Assembly: GCA_965140415.1 (NCBI GenBank) | Contig: OZ223209.1 | Span: 2,799,380-2,863,379, forward strand | Source: Myxococcota bacterium | GTDB taxonomy: Bacteria; Myxococcota_A; SURF-8 | DNA: 64,000 nucleotides | Direction of reading: 5' to 3' | In this document: positions 30,515 to 40,685 of the stretch, in pieces | Position numbering within the stretch: position 1 is the stretch's first letter | Layout: every line of letters begins with the position of its first letter | The notes under the pieces: model-generated | What the model was told of the DNA's origin: nothing | Database searches by the model: none | The model's input: only the letters and a program-made list of their open reading frames with translations | Made by a program: the position numbers and the translations under genes

Positions 30515-32464
30515 TTAGTCGCGTTCGGGCAGGTTGCGTTCTTTGATTTCGGTCAGCAGCCATTGCTTGAATTCGGAATAGGGCAGGGTCTTCTGGGCTT
30601 TTACTCCGAAACGGCGCAGCGTAACGGTTTCTTCTGCGCGTTCCTTTTCGCCAACCACCAGAACATTTGGGATTTTCCAGTGGCTGATTGCCATACGGAC
30701 TTTCTTGTTCAACGTTTCGCTGGAAGTATCCACTTCCGCGCGGACGAACTCTCCGAATAGATCGTCTTTCAGCTTCTGAGCGTAATCGGTGAATTCCGCT
30801 GCTACCGGGATGATGCGAACCTGAGTTGGAGCCATCCAGGTCGGGAATGCGCCTGCGAAATGTTCGATCAGGAAGGCGATGAAACGTTCGTGCGTGCCAA
30901 GTGGTGCGCGGTGAATGATCACCGGGCGGTGCGGTTGACCGTCTTCGCCGGTATAGGAAAGATTGAAACGTTCGGCGGAAACGAAATCCACCTGATTGGT
31001 GCTGTTGGTTTCTTCGCGACCGATGACATTTTTAAACTGCACGTCCACTTTGGGGCCGTAGAAGGCCGCTTCGCCATAGGCGACTTTGTAAGGCAATCCC
31101 AACTCATCCATGGCCTGCATGCAGAAGTTCTCTGCTCGCTTCCATAGTTCCGGATCATCCACGAATTTGTCTTTTGCCGGATCGTGCAGGCTCAGGCGCA
31201 TGTAATATTCCGTCAAGCCCAGCAACTTGTAATACTCCATGTGCATCTGCATCACGGACTTGAATTCTTGTTGGAACTGGTCTTCGCGAGCGTAGATGTG
31301 CGCATCGTTCATGCACATGCCGCGCACACGCAGTAAGCCGGCCAGTTCTCCCGATTTTTCGAAGCGATAGACATGCCCGTATTCCGCCATGCGCAGCGGC
31401 ATCTCCCGGTAGGAGCGAGGACGCGCATCGAAAATCATGTGATGATGCGGGCAGTTCATCGGCTTCAGGTAAAAGGCTTCTTCTTCATCTTCCAGTTTCA
31501 TCGGTGGAAACATGGAATCCTTATAGTGCGCCAGATGCCCGCTTGTGTGATACAGGTTCTCTTTCGTGATTTCCGGAGTGGATACGCGCTGATAGCCATA
31601 CCGGAATTCGGTTTCCTTGGCCAGTTTTTCGAGTTCTTCCCGAATCACCGTACCATTCGGAAGCCACAGAGGCAGCCCTTTGCCGACCATTTCACTGATA
31701 TGGAAAAGTTCCAGTTGTTTTCCAAGTTTACGGTGATCGCGGCGCTCCGCCTCTTCCAACCTGTGCAGGTGATCCGACAGTTCCTGCTTCGTCGCCCAAG
31801 CTGTTCCGTAAATACGGGTCAGCATTTTGTTCTTTTCGCTGCCTCGCCAATAGGCACCGGCCACGCTCATCAGTTTGAACACTTTCAGTAAACCCGTGTG
31901 GGGCGCGTGAGGTCCACGGCAAAGATCGGTAAACTCGTCCTGTGTGTAAGTGGAAATGACTTCCCCTTCTGGAAGATCCTGAATCAACTCGACTTTGTAG
32001 ATTTCTCCCGCCGGTTCCCACATGGCCAGCGCATCTTCTTTGCTGACTTCCTTGCGTTCGATGGGAAGCCGCTTATTCGAGATCGACTTCATTTCTTTTT
32101 CGATCTTCTTGAATTCTTCTGCCGAGAAGGTCTCGTCTCCGAAATCGATATCGTAGTAGAATCCGTTTTCAACGGTCGGACCGATGGCGAGTTTGGCCTT
32201 CGGATAATGTCGTAAAATCGCCTGCGCCATAAGGTGGGCTGTGGAGTGGCGCAGTACGGACAAACCTTCTTCGGAGGCGGTCGTTACACTCGTCAATTGA
32301 CCGGATTCGGTCAACGTGGTCGATAAATCAACAACTTTATCATCTAATTTTGCAGCGATCACGTCGCCTTTTAAAAGCCCCTGGCTTTTCAACGCTTCCG
32401 CTGCGCTGATTCCGGAATCCATTTCAATGGTTTCGGATTCGAATTGAATCTGCACTTTGCTCAT
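30515..32464 (-). CDS. thrS: threonine--tRNA ligase
   Basis: TGS domain, RHSTAH, DLCRGPH, RDHRKLG, LKPMNCPHH, GEAAFYGPK, IHRA. Confidence 0.99.
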   Translation of the reverse strand: MSKVQIQFESETIEMDSGISAAEALKSQGLLKGDVIAAKLDDKVVDLSTTLTESGQLTSVTTASEEGLSVLRHSTAHLMAQAILRHYPKAKLAIGPTVENGFYYDIDFGDETFSAEEFKKIEKEMKSISNKRLPIERKEVSKEDALAMWEPAGEIYKVELIQDLPEGEVISTYTQDEFTDLCRGPHAPHTGLLKVFKLMSVAGAYWRGSEKNKMLTRIYGTAWATKQELSDHLHRLEEAERRDHRKLGKQLELFHISEMVGKGLPLWLPNGTVIREELEKLAKETEFRYGYQRVSTPEITKENLYHTSGHLAHYKDSMFPPMKLEDEEEAFYLKPMNCPHHHMIFDARPRSYREMPLRMAEYGHVYRFEKSGELAGLLRVRGMCMNDAHIYAREDQFQQEFKSVMQMHMEYYKLLGLTEYYMRLSLHDPAKDKFVDDPELWKRAENFCMQAMDELGLPYKVAYGEAAFYGPKVDVQFKNVIGREETNSTNQVDFVSAERFNLSYTGEDGQPHRPVIIHRAPLGTHERFIAFLIEHFAGAFPTWMAPTQVRIIPVAAEFTDYAQKLKDDLFGEFVRAEVDTSSETLNKKVRMAISHWKIPNVLVVGEKERAEETVTLRRFGVKAQKTLPYSEFKQWLLTEIKERNLPERD

Positions 32465-32520
32465 CGATATTCTCCATACCTCAAACCGTTTAACTAAATG
32501 AACTCATTATCGAAAGGTGA

Positions 32521-32549
32521 TTTCTAGCACGAGCGTGACTGGGTGTCAA
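32521..32549 (-). promoter_or_regulatory. sigma70-type promoter of thrS
   Basis: TTGACA-17 nt-TAGAAA with an upstream TG extension. Confidence 0.5.
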
Positions 32550-32649
32550 CGACAATGAATGTGAAAGTAACGCACAAAACGGTCGCTTCGCTTCGCCGCG
32601 ACTTTCAACGTTCCCTTTTGATTGTTTAACTGTGCTGGAATAGCCGTTG

Positions 32650-35520
32650 TTACGCGTTGGATTGAACAAGCAAGGAATCCAGAAATGCATTGACTACAGG
32701 ATCGGTTTCGCCTGCATAGTGACCGCTGATGTGGCCGAACTGTTCAGTGGGAACCATGCGATGCAGGGCATATAAAACGATTTCTCGCAGTAGGGCTTCG
32801 TCATGGTCGATGAAGCGTTGCATATCGGGTACAAGCTCGGATATCCGATTTTTCCCGATGGTTTGGATGGTGCAGGCGATCAGCCATTCGTCATACCCAT
32901 CGTGTAAGAAAGAACGAAGCAGAGATACTGCATCGAGTGAATTGAGTTTGAATAACTGATGTCCGTTCTCGATCTTGTCTTCCAAGTCGATGCTGTCGAG
33001 AATGGGAAGCAGGTAGCGTTTGGTTTCTTTCTCACAAATATTGTCAATAATCTCCATTGCATTCGATCGCATGACCTGGTTACTGCTGCGCATGTTGTAG
33101 GAAACGATCTCGATCTGTTCGCGAGGGTAGATCATTGCCAGCAAATGGAAAGCCCGATCAAGGATTTCCTTTGCACGGTCTTTCAGGGCACTGTCAAGCA
33201 GTTGTTCATCTATCAGACTTTCCCTTAAAATTTTAATGTATACCAAGGTTTGGTAATATTGCTCAAGTTCCGAGTGCAGCATCGACTGGATGCGTTTGTA
33301 ATCCAGTGAAATTTCATCATCTCGCTTGATGAACAGTTTTTGCATGGCGCGCACTACTGCCGACCGCAGCTTGACGTCCTTTGTTTCCAGCAGTTTTTCT
33401 AGAATTTCGTAGGCTTTGACTGATGGGATATTGGACAAGACGACAGGCAAGGATCTGCGAATTCCCGCGCTAATGTGATCGAGCAGTAGAACGTCTTCCA
33501 ATTGTTCCAGAATCAATTCCCCATACTGGGAAAGGGCGACTATCGCTGTTTTGCGCGTGTCCGGGTCATTCAATTTGAAAATCAAGTTGGGAACCAGTTC
33601 CGTGGATCGCATCAGGCCGGCTGCTTCAATGGCGGCTCGTTGCACATCGAGATTGGGATCGTTGATCAATCGGAATAACGGCTGATAAAAGCTCTTGATT
33701 TTAATATATCCAAGTACGCGTGCTCCGTTTTCCCGCTCAACAGGGTCGTGATTGTCCAACATCTTTTTCAGTTCCGCCGTCGATGAGAGAATGCCTTCCA
33801 GGCCTCCAAATTCAATCAGACCGCTGATCGTCGCGGCTTTCACCTGTGGGCTGGAATCATGCAGGAAATGAGTGATAATCTCGACCGCGCGGCTGTTTTC
33901 CAGTCTGCTGTACATTCGAATCGCCATGGCGCGGACTCGTTCTTCCGAGTCGTTGAAATGATTGCGCAGATATTTCGAATACTTGCGATTGTGGCTTTGA
34001 GCCAGGTATTCGATGGCGCGCTCGCGTACCCTGGGATGACGGTTTTTCAGCAAGGGCAGGATCGATTCATCCCAATCACTGAAGTTGGATAGGGGAATTA
34101 CCTCTATGGCATTGAGCACTTGAGTTTCATCCGAGGATGCCAGTGCTTTTTGAATGACGGTGCGGCTGATTGCCAGATTGCGGTCATCCTCTACGGTTTC
34201 CATGCCGGTACGTTTGGATCGACGATCGCTGGCGAGTAATAGTGCTTCGATGTACTTGTGGCGCATGGACACCAGTAGCCCGATCCAGACCATCAATAAT
34301 AGTAGAATGCCCCAACTCAATTTCTGAATATGGGCCATGTCGTTAATCACGAAAAAGTAGTTTAAAAGCAGGAAAATCAATCCGGCGATAGCCTGGGCTG
34401 CCGGACGCATGATGCCGTCGCTTATGGCCTTGGCTTTGCGCCGATGAGCGGGAGGCAGTGGCTGATACAGTAATTGAGTCGTCGTGTCGGTAATCGTGTA
34501 TCGAGTGACCAGTTCTCCGCCTTTGGCCATCGTTACACCGATAAATCCTACAAATCCCAGGGTAAGGATCGATCCACCGAACAGGGCGAAGGGAAGAACC
34601 AATAGCGCCCAAAGAATCCCCACTTTTTCCAATAGCCTTGATGTCAGGAAGAACTGTGTGATGCAGGCCAGTAAACCGCCGTAGGCGTAAATAGAAAAGA
34701 AGAAATCCGCTAGGTCTTCGCCGCTGTATTTGTATTGCGCAGTCACTTTGAATTGATAGTCTACGAAGGTGACGGCCAGAATCATGACCATGGTTACCAA
34801 TACGATGTGATTCTGAAGACTTTTAAAAACCGTAACGCTGCTTTCCGGGTAGGTACTGTCGAGTCGTTGTTGCCTGGAGCGCTGTCGACCACGTTGTTGA
34901 TTGATTACCCGGTAACGATTGCTCAGAAAGTTAAAGATTACAAGGCAAACAAGGATAGATACGATACAGACGAAACTCAGATTGTAAATGCCGATGTGCT
35001 CTTTAAGGCTTCGAATGGGAAAGGAATATAGATTGGCCAGTACCGCACCGCCGCCGATTACACCGAAAAGGCGTTTCGCTTCTCTTGCATTGAACAGTTC
35101 ATTGGCAAAAGTCCAGAACTGAATCACCAGCATGATTCCCATGATTTCGATGAACACATACAGCGCCGGAACCACCCAATAGGCCTGCGATGTTTCCAGC
35201 AATCCACGAAACACAAGGAGTATCAGAACGAAAATCACATTGGAGGCATTGATGATACGTCTGAGCGATAAGCGGATGACCTGTCGGGTATAGAGTAAGG
35301 TCGTCAGGCTCACTCCAAGAGCCACGATAATGTACATATAGGGGAGCCAGTCCAATCGAGATTCGCTTAGAAACAGTGTGTCCTTCATGATTCGGCCAAT
35401 AATGAAGGCAGCAACGGCATTGAAGGCATACATCGCCATTAAAAAGGTTTTTAAGAATTCACCTTTTCTAATTTTGAAAGCCTTCTGAAGGAAAGTTTTC
35501 ACCCGTTCTCCAGGTGTCAT
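32650..35520 (-). CDS. NTT/TLC (ATP/ADP translocase-like) MFS transporter fused to HEAT repeats
   Basis: About 12 TM segments with KDTLFL, QFWTFANELFNAREAKRLF, VDYQFK, LYQPLP...KAK; soluble C-terminal HEAT repeats (VRERAI, VRAMAI, VKAATI, VQRAAI). Confidence 0.85.
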   Translation of the reverse strand: MTPGERVKTFLQKAFKIRKGEFLKTFLMAMYAFNAVAAFIIGRIMKDTLFLSESRLDWLPYMYIIVALGVSLTTLLYTRQVIRLSLRRIINASNVIFVLILLVFRGLLETSQAYWVVPALYVFIEIMGIMLVIQFWTFANELFNAREAKRLFGVIGGGAVLANLYSFPIRSLKEHIGIYNLSFVCIVSILVCLVIFNFLSNRYRVINQQRGRQRSRQQRLDSTYPESSVTVFKSLQNHIVLVTMVMILAVTFVDYQFKVTAQYKYSGEDLADFFFSIYAYGGLLACITQFFLTSRLLEKVGILWALLVLPFALFGGSILTLGFVGFIGVTMAKGGELVTRYTITDTTTQLLYQPLPPAHRRKAKAISDGIMRPAAQAIAGLIFLLLNYFFVINDMAHIQKLSWGILLLLMVWIGLLVSMRHKYIEALLLASDRRSKRTGMETVEDDRNLAISRTVIQKALASSDETQVLNAIEVIPLSNFSDWDESILPLLKNRHPRVRERAIEYLAQSHNRKYSKYLRNHFNDSEERVRAMAIRMYSRLENSRAVEIITHFLHDSSPQVKAATISGLIEFGGLEGILSSTAELKKMLDNHDPVERENGARVLGYIKIKSFYQPLFRLINDPNLDVQRAAIEAAGLMRSTELVPNLIFKLNDPDTRKTAIVALSQYGELILEQLEDVLLLDHISAGIRRSLPVVLSNIPSVKAYEILEKLLETKDVKLRSAVVRAMQKLFIKRDDEISLDYKRIQSMLHSELEQYYQTLVYIKILRESLIDEQLLDSALKDRAKEILDRAFHLLAMIYPREQIEIVSYNMRSSNQVMRSNAMEIIDNICEKETKRYLLPILDSIDLEDKIENGHQLFKLNSLDAVSLLRSFLHDGYDEWLIACTIQTIGKNRISELVPDMQRFIDHDEALLREIVLYALHRMVPTEQFGHISGHYAGETDPVVNAFLDSLLVQSNA

Positions 35521-35688
35521 CTACTTCTATCGTCTCCTGTAAAGCATTAAGGTGGTCCCCGGATGCATCTTTCACATCGATTCGACAAAAACCATATCAG
35601 GAGGTTGGCATAAAGGCAAGAGAATGCCAAAAGGAAGAAAGCATATATGAACTGGTGGTTTGAAAAACGACAGGTCCGTTGCTGTTGC

Positions 35689-35716
35689 TTGACAGCCCGG
35701 TCAATTTTTCTATACT
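35689..35716 (+). promoter_or_regulatory. sigma70-type promoter of rph-rdgB
   Basis: TTGACA-16 nt-TATACT. Confidence 0.6.
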
Positions 35717-35761
35717 CACTCGATACTTGATTGAAGTGAAAACTTCGGGAAAGGAACGAAG

Positions 35762-36499
35762 ATGAGAGAAGATGGTCGACAAGCAAACGAGATCCGTCCT
35801 GCCGCAATTCAGACGGGTATTCAGAAATACCCTGATGGGTCTGTATTGATCACCTGTGGGGATACCAAGGTGATCTGCGCGGCTCATGTGACCCAAGGTG
35901 TGCCCGGTTTTCTGATCGGTACCGGGCGCGGCTGGGTAACGGCGGAATATTCCATGATGCCTGGAGCGGGTCAGGGACGTACCAGGCGAGAACGGCAAAC
36001 GGGAGGGCGTTCTTCTGAGATCCAGCGCCTGATCGGTCGTTCGCTTCGTGCCGTATGCGATCTGGAGAAACTGGGTGAATTGACGGTAACCATCGATTGC
36101 GATGTGTTGCAGGCTGATGGCGGTACGCGAACGGCGTCAATTACAGGAGCTTTTGTTGCACTGGTACTGGCTTTGAAGCGTGTGCAGAGCATGGGACTCA
36201 TTGGGGAACTTCCTCTTACGGATACGGTAACCGCGATTAGCTGCGGCATTGTCGGAGGTCAATTGCTTTTGGATTTGCCCTATGTCGAGGATTATCAGGC
36301 GGAAGTCGACATGAATGTCGTCATGACCGGCAGTGGTCGCTTGATCGAAGTGCAGGGAACTGCCGAGGGGTTGCCTTATACCCGTGAGCAGCTGAACCAA
36401 CTGCTGGATCTGGCGGAAAAGGGATGTGGTGAATTGGCTGCCTTACAGAGAGAAGCATTACCAGAGGTTTACGATGAAATTACTGCTCGCCACGCATAA
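35762..36499 (+). CDS. rph: ribonuclease PH
   Basis: [48 protein letters not shown]. Confidence 0.98.
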   Translation: MREDGRQANEIRPAAIQTGIQKYPDGSVLITCGDTKVICAAHVTQGVPGFLIGTGRGWVTAEYSMMPGAGQGRTRRERQTGGRSSEIQRLIGRSLRAVCDLEKLGELTVTIDCDVLQADGGTRTASITGAFVALVLALKRVQSMGLIGELPLTDTVTAISCGIVGGQLLLDLPYVEDYQAEVDMNVVMTGSGRLIEVQGTAEGLPYTREQLNQLLDLAEKGCGELAALQREALPEVYDEITARHA

Positions 36500-37082
36500 C
36501 CGGGGTAAAGTCAACGATCTGAACGCACTGTTGCAGGACTCGGACATCACGGTGCTTAGCCTGGATGATGTTCCCGATTTGCCGGATGTCGAAGAGGATG
36601 GCGACACTTTCCTGGACAATGCCAGAAAGAAAGCCCAAGCTTGTTTCGGCCATTGTGGCATTCCGACTCTTGCGGATGATTCGGGGTTGATGGTCGATGC
36701 GTTAGACGGTGCGCCGGGCGTTTATTCCGCTCGCTATGGCGGTGAACCGTCCAATGACGAAAAGAATAAAGCCAAGTTGCTGGAGGAATTGAAAGATTTT
36801 CCATTAGATAGACAGCGTAGTGCCAAATTCGTTTGTGTGCTGGTGTTTATCGGAGAAGAAGGGCACGAAAGTGTAGTCGTTGGTGAGGCGAAGGGGCATA
36901 TCACTCACGAGCCGAAGGGAACGAACGGTTTCGGATACGATCCGCTTTTCGTACATCCTGCCTACAATGGAAAAACGATGGGAGAGGTAAGCCAGCAGGA
37001 AAAAAATGCGGTCAGCCATCGTGGTGCAGCCATGCGAGACATGCTCCCCAAAATTTTGGCATTTTCTAAAAGCAAGCGCTAA
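36474..37082 (+). CDS. rdgB: dITP/XTP pyrophosphatase
   Basis: [39 protein letters not shown]; canonical rph-rdgB pairing. Confidence 0.96.
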   Translation: MKLLLATHNRGKVNDLNALLQDSDITVLSLDDVPDLPDVEEDGDTFLDNARKKAQACFGHCGIPTLADDSGLMVDALDGAPGVYSARYGGEPSNDEKNKAKLLEELKDFPLDRQRSAKFVCVLVFIGEEGHESVVVGEAKGHITHEPKGTNGFGYDPLFVHPAYNGKTMGEVSQQEKNAVSHRGAAMRDMLPKILAFSKSKR

Positions 37083-37137
37083 AATGCGCAAGCGATAACG
37101 ATCCAGTGATATTTTCCGTCAGGAAAGGAAACAGGGA

Positions 37138-38046
37138 ATGACAAGTATTCTAGCTCCGCTGGAGACTCGGACGATTAAGAGCATCGATGGCTTACCGATA
37201 CATGTCACGATTGCTGGTACAGGACCGCATCGATGGTTGTTGCCTCCTGGATTGGGGACTCCGGTGTTGTGCTGGAAATATCTTTTTGAATATTTTCATG
37301 AAAAGATGACGATCGTCACCTGGGATCCGCGTGGTTGCTATCAATCCGGAATACCTAAAGATCCTGAGCGATTGCGGGTTGAAAGTCACGTTGAAGATGC
37401 ATTCGCCGTGATCGACGAGATGGGCTGGCAGGATGGTGGTTTTGTGACCGGCGGATGGAGCATGGGCGTTCAGATCGGTCTCGAATTGTTCCACAATGCT
37501 CCTCACATGGTTCGAGCCTTGACCCTGATCAACGGTGCATTTGAGAACGTGCTGAGAACGGCTTTCGCATTGCCGATCGGAAACAACATGATGCGTGGCG
37601 TTGCCCACGTCGCCAGCCTGCTCGCGCCTCTGAGTGCACCTGTTTCCAGTTATCTTCTTGGACAAGATTGGGCTTTGGATCTGCTTAAAAAGCTATCGAT
37701 TGTTTCCAATAATGAAGACTTTTTCGCCGAAGTCGCACAACAGTTTAAAGGGCTGGACTTTAAGACCTATTTCAAAATGATGCTCAAGCTCGATGAACAT
37801 TCCGCTCGCGAAATCTTACCAACGGTCAATGTGCCGACCCTGGTGACGGCAGGAAGCCTGGACAAGATGACACCACCAGCGGTATGTCGGTTTGCCCATG
37901 AGCAAATTCCTGGAAGTGGTTATTTCGAAATTCCCAACGGTACGCACTACACAACCATCGAGTACCCGGAGATTGTGAATCTTAAACTGGATCAATTCTT
38001 CCGAACTCGCGTGTTTGCCGATAGTTGGGATAACCCCTCGGACTGA
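37138..38046 (+). CDS. alpha/beta hydrolase
   Basis: WDPRG, GWSMG nucleophile elbow, D(KMTP), GTH. Confidence 0.88.
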   Translation: MTSILAPLETRTIKSIDGLPIHVTIAGTGPHRWLLPPGLGTPVLCWKYLFEYFHEKMTIVTWDPRGCYQSGIPKDPERLRVESHVEDAFAVIDEMGWQDGGFVTGGWSMGVQIGLELFHNAPHMVRALTLINGAFENVLRTAFALPIGNNMMRGVAHVASLLAPLSAPVSSYLLGQDWALDLLKKLSIVSNNEDFFAEVAQQFKGLDFKTYFKMMLKLDEHSAREILPTVNVPTLVTAGSLDKMTPPAVCRFAHEQIPGSGYFEIPNGTHYTTIEYPEIVNLKLDQFFRTRVFADSWDNPSD

Positions 38047-38232
38047 TGCCAGAATAGCCGATAAGAAAGCAAGTTCTCGCGTGAGATCACAATTTGTCGT
38101 TGTTTCTGTCCGTAATGCTGGAACGTGATCAAATCCTTACTTCGAGTCAATTGTAATTGCGAATGATTCCGTGATCGAATATACTCTGGGTAAGCTTCCT
38201 GGGGGCAGGAGGTATCTGGCAATTGGATTGGG

Positions 38233-39387
38233 GTGACAATGCAACGGCTCGCAGCACTTCTTCAGCGGCATGAAACGTGGCTGATGGAGAGAATCCTCCA
38301 TTACGCAAAAACTCACGACTATGCGAAATATACATCTACACTAGTGGAAGCCTGGAGGCTTTCCATAAGTGGATTGACGGATTCCATTCTAAAAGGGATC
38401 GAACATTATAGAGAGTCCGCAGAGCTGCACCCGGATGATACTTTTCAAGATAATCCCGTAGCGGAATTCGGCATTGTTGAAGCACAACGCCATCGGGAAC
38501 GCGGAATCAGTTTCACGATGTTTTTAGGGTTGTTCAAGTATTACCGACAAGCCTATCTTGATTTGCTTAAAGAATATCTGGAAGAGGATGCGGAACGCGA
38601 TCATTTCGGTGTATTTCTAAATCGTATTTTCGATCGAATCGAAATCGCATTTTGCGAAGAATGGACACAACTCAGTGATCGAGAATTAATTCAGAAATTG
38701 CAGTCTACCAATCGCTTTATGACCAATGAAAAGAATATGTACCTGACCGCATTTGAGAGTCAGAACAATCCTGTTGTGCTTCTGGATTCTGCATGGTGTA
38801 TCGTTAACATCAATTTTGAAGCGGCCCGCTTGGTTTCTCCAACAGTTTCACCTGGAAGCAGTTACTATAGTATAGAAAATGGTCGGACAGACGATGACTT
38901 GAAAACGGAAGCAGATGTAATTCAAGGAAACAAGGCAATATTGGGGAAACGATTTGAGGATGTATTTCCCTGGTTGGGAGAAATCGTTCAAAAAGCGAAA
39001 TGTGAAGATAAAAAAGAAGCGACTTTCGAAATTGAGTTCAATCAGTTCGGTGAGTTACGTTTTTTCGAAGGAAAGTTATGCAAAATGTTGGATGTCAGTG
39101 AGAAGTTCAATGGCATCCTGCTGATACTTGAAGACCGCACTGAAGCGAGAGATCTCTCGAATGAGAGAGAATGCCTGATTGCTGATCTACAAAAGAATAT
39201 TAGAGAAATCAAGAGATTGCAGGGGATGTTGCCGATTTGTGTGTCCTGTAAAAAGATCCGTGATGATAAGGGGTACTGGAACCAGATCGAGAACTACATT
39301 TCAAGCCGCTCCGAGGTCGACTTCAGCCATAGCCTTTGTCCTGAATGCACCCAGGAACTTTATGGTGATTTCTTGAAAGAAAAGTGA
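38233..39387 (+). CDS. sensor protein: globin-like helical N-terminus, PAS domain, C-terminal Cys/His Zn-binding domain
   Basis: EAQRHRERG..FLGLFKYYR N-terminal domain; PAS-like NPVVLLD..IVNIN..A; LPICVSCKKIRDDKGYW...FSHSLCPEC tail. Confidence 0.7.
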   Translation: MTMQRLAALLQRHETWLMERILHYAKTHDYAKYTSTLVEAWRLSISGLTDSILKGIEHYRESAELHPDDTFQDNPVAEFGIVEAQRHRERGISFTMFLGLFKYYRQAYLDLLKEYLEEDAERDHFGVFLNRIFDRIEIAFCEEWTQLSDRELIQKLQSTNRFMTNEKNMYLTAFESQNNPVVLLDSAWCIVNINFEAARLVSPTVSPGSSYYSIENGRTDDDLKTEADVIQGNKAILGKRFEDVFPWLGEIVQKAKCEDKKEATFEIEFNQFGELRFFEGKLCKMLDVSEKFNGILLILEDRTEARDLSNERECLIADLQKNIREIKRLQGMLPICVSCKKIRDDKGYWNQIENYISSRSEVDFSHSLCPECTQELYGDFLKEK

Positions 39388-39571
39388 ATATTCTCCGCGT
39401 GCTCAAAGCTCTGTTTCTGTTTTGGCCATACATTTCAAGCCTGTAAAGACGAGTTCCTGTTTTCTCGGAAAAACTCTTCATCTTTTCTATTGCGTATTGA
39501 GACAAACTGTGCTTTTATGACCGACCGTGAAACGCTAAACGATGGTATGAAGACGGAAGAACAGGAAGTAT

Positions 39572-39799
39572 GACAGGATTTTCTGAAAGGTTCTTGGTTC
39601 AGCAGGCAATGGCACCGAAAGCAAGGACCGGAAAACACCCTCTTACGACTAAAGGGGGGCGAGTCGATGTCGCCTGTCCTCCCAAAAAGGGATTGCAGAG
39701 GCTTGTTGCAGCCTGTACGCAGTCTCTGGAAAATCGTTACGCAAACGTACAATTCCGACCTGAAATCCCCGGCTCAACAGAGAACCGGGGATTTTTTTT
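39572..39799 (+). ncRNA. candidate structured RNA (unassigned) ending in an intrinsic terminator
   Basis: Nested helices GACAGG/CCTGTC, TTTTCT/GGAAAA, GGTTCTTG/CAAGGACC, CCCTCTT/AAGGGGG, CAGAGGCT/AGTCTCTG in a 475-bp intergenic region. Confidence 0.4.
39763..39799 (+). terminator. intrinsic terminator upstream of the zinc-ribbon gene
   Basis: AAATCCCCGG...CCGGGGATTT stem with a T8 run (39792-39799). Confidence 0.85.
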
Positions 39800-39862
39800 C
39801 TCGATTCTGAAAAGAAACCTCTTTTCTATTACTCTCACCTGTAATCTACCGGGAGTTATACG

Positions 39863-40594
39863 ATGACACCTGACCGGCACATTTTGGAACAGTTGAGTTT
39901 ACTGCTGGAACTGCAAGAACTGGATAACGAAATTCTGGAGTTTGAGAAAGAACGGGAGAAAATTCCTGAAAAAACGAAGAACATGGAAGTTACGTTGCTG
40001 GAGCACCAGAAAAATCTGGAGGAAATCGAAAACAGGCAACAGCAGTTGGAGACCGAACTCAACGATAAGAACACACAACTGAATTTGGAGCGGTTGAAAA
40101 TAAAGAACACGCGAAATAAAGAGACCGCTCTGCAAAACATCAAGCAGTACGAAGCGTTTTTGCGTGAAGTGGAAGTTCAGGAAGACAACGCCGATGATTT
40201 GGAAGCGAACGTTCGTGATCTGCAAAAACGAATTGATGCAACCAAGGAAGAAAAAGACGAACTCAATCAGAAGATCGAGAGTATTCGTCATTCTCAGTCC
40301 GGCGAAATGAAGGAACTGGAAAACCGTTTGGAGAAGTTGGACGAAACGCTTGACAAAATGTACGACAATCGGGACGAATTCATCGAAAAGCTAGATGAAG
40401 ACCTGTATTTAAAGTACGAATACATTGCCGAGCGTGTTGGTGATGAAGTTGCGGTCGCAAAAATCATCGATGGTCACTGTGCGGTTTGCAACATGGCGGT
40501 ATTGCCGCAAATGCTCAATGAAATCATGGCTGGTGCGTTACATGCCTGTTCTTCTTGTCGACGAATTCTCGTCTGGGTTGATGAAGACGACTAA
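39863..40594 (+). CDS. coiled-coil protein with C-terminal C4 zinc ribbon (DUF164/CT398-like)
   Basis: LELQELD start, long heptad coiled coil, CAVC...CSSCRRIL. Confidence 0.88.
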   Translation: MTPDRHILEQLSLLLELQELDNEILEFEKEREKIPEKTKNMEVTLLEHQKNLEEIENRQQQLETELNDKNTQLNLERLKIKNTRNKETALQNIKQYEAFLREVEVQEDNADDLEANVRDLQKRIDATKEEKDELNQKIESIRHSQSGEMKELENRLEKLDETLDKMYDNRDEFIEKLDEDLYLKYEYIAERVGDEVAVAKIIDGHCAVCNMAVLPQMLNEIMAGALHACSSCRRILVWVDEDD

Positions 40595-40685
40595 AAACAT
40601 CGAATAACTTCGATCTCTTCCCTGTCTCTTGAACAATACAGCCCCCTTTTGGGGGACCCTGTGTTGTTTCAAGATGGAGAGTTAT

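Noticed and set aside
32465-32649. T-box leader for thrS
   Set aside because: No GGTGGNACCGCG T-box or terminator; the predicted promoter leaves only about 50 nt of leader
39400-39860. RNase P RNA, tmRNA, SRP RNA or group I intron
   Set aside because: No GAGGAAAGTCC or ACAGAA.CCGGCTTA, no tRNA-like ends, no GGAAGGAAGCAGC; the GACTA/AGTC elements are too close together for a group I core
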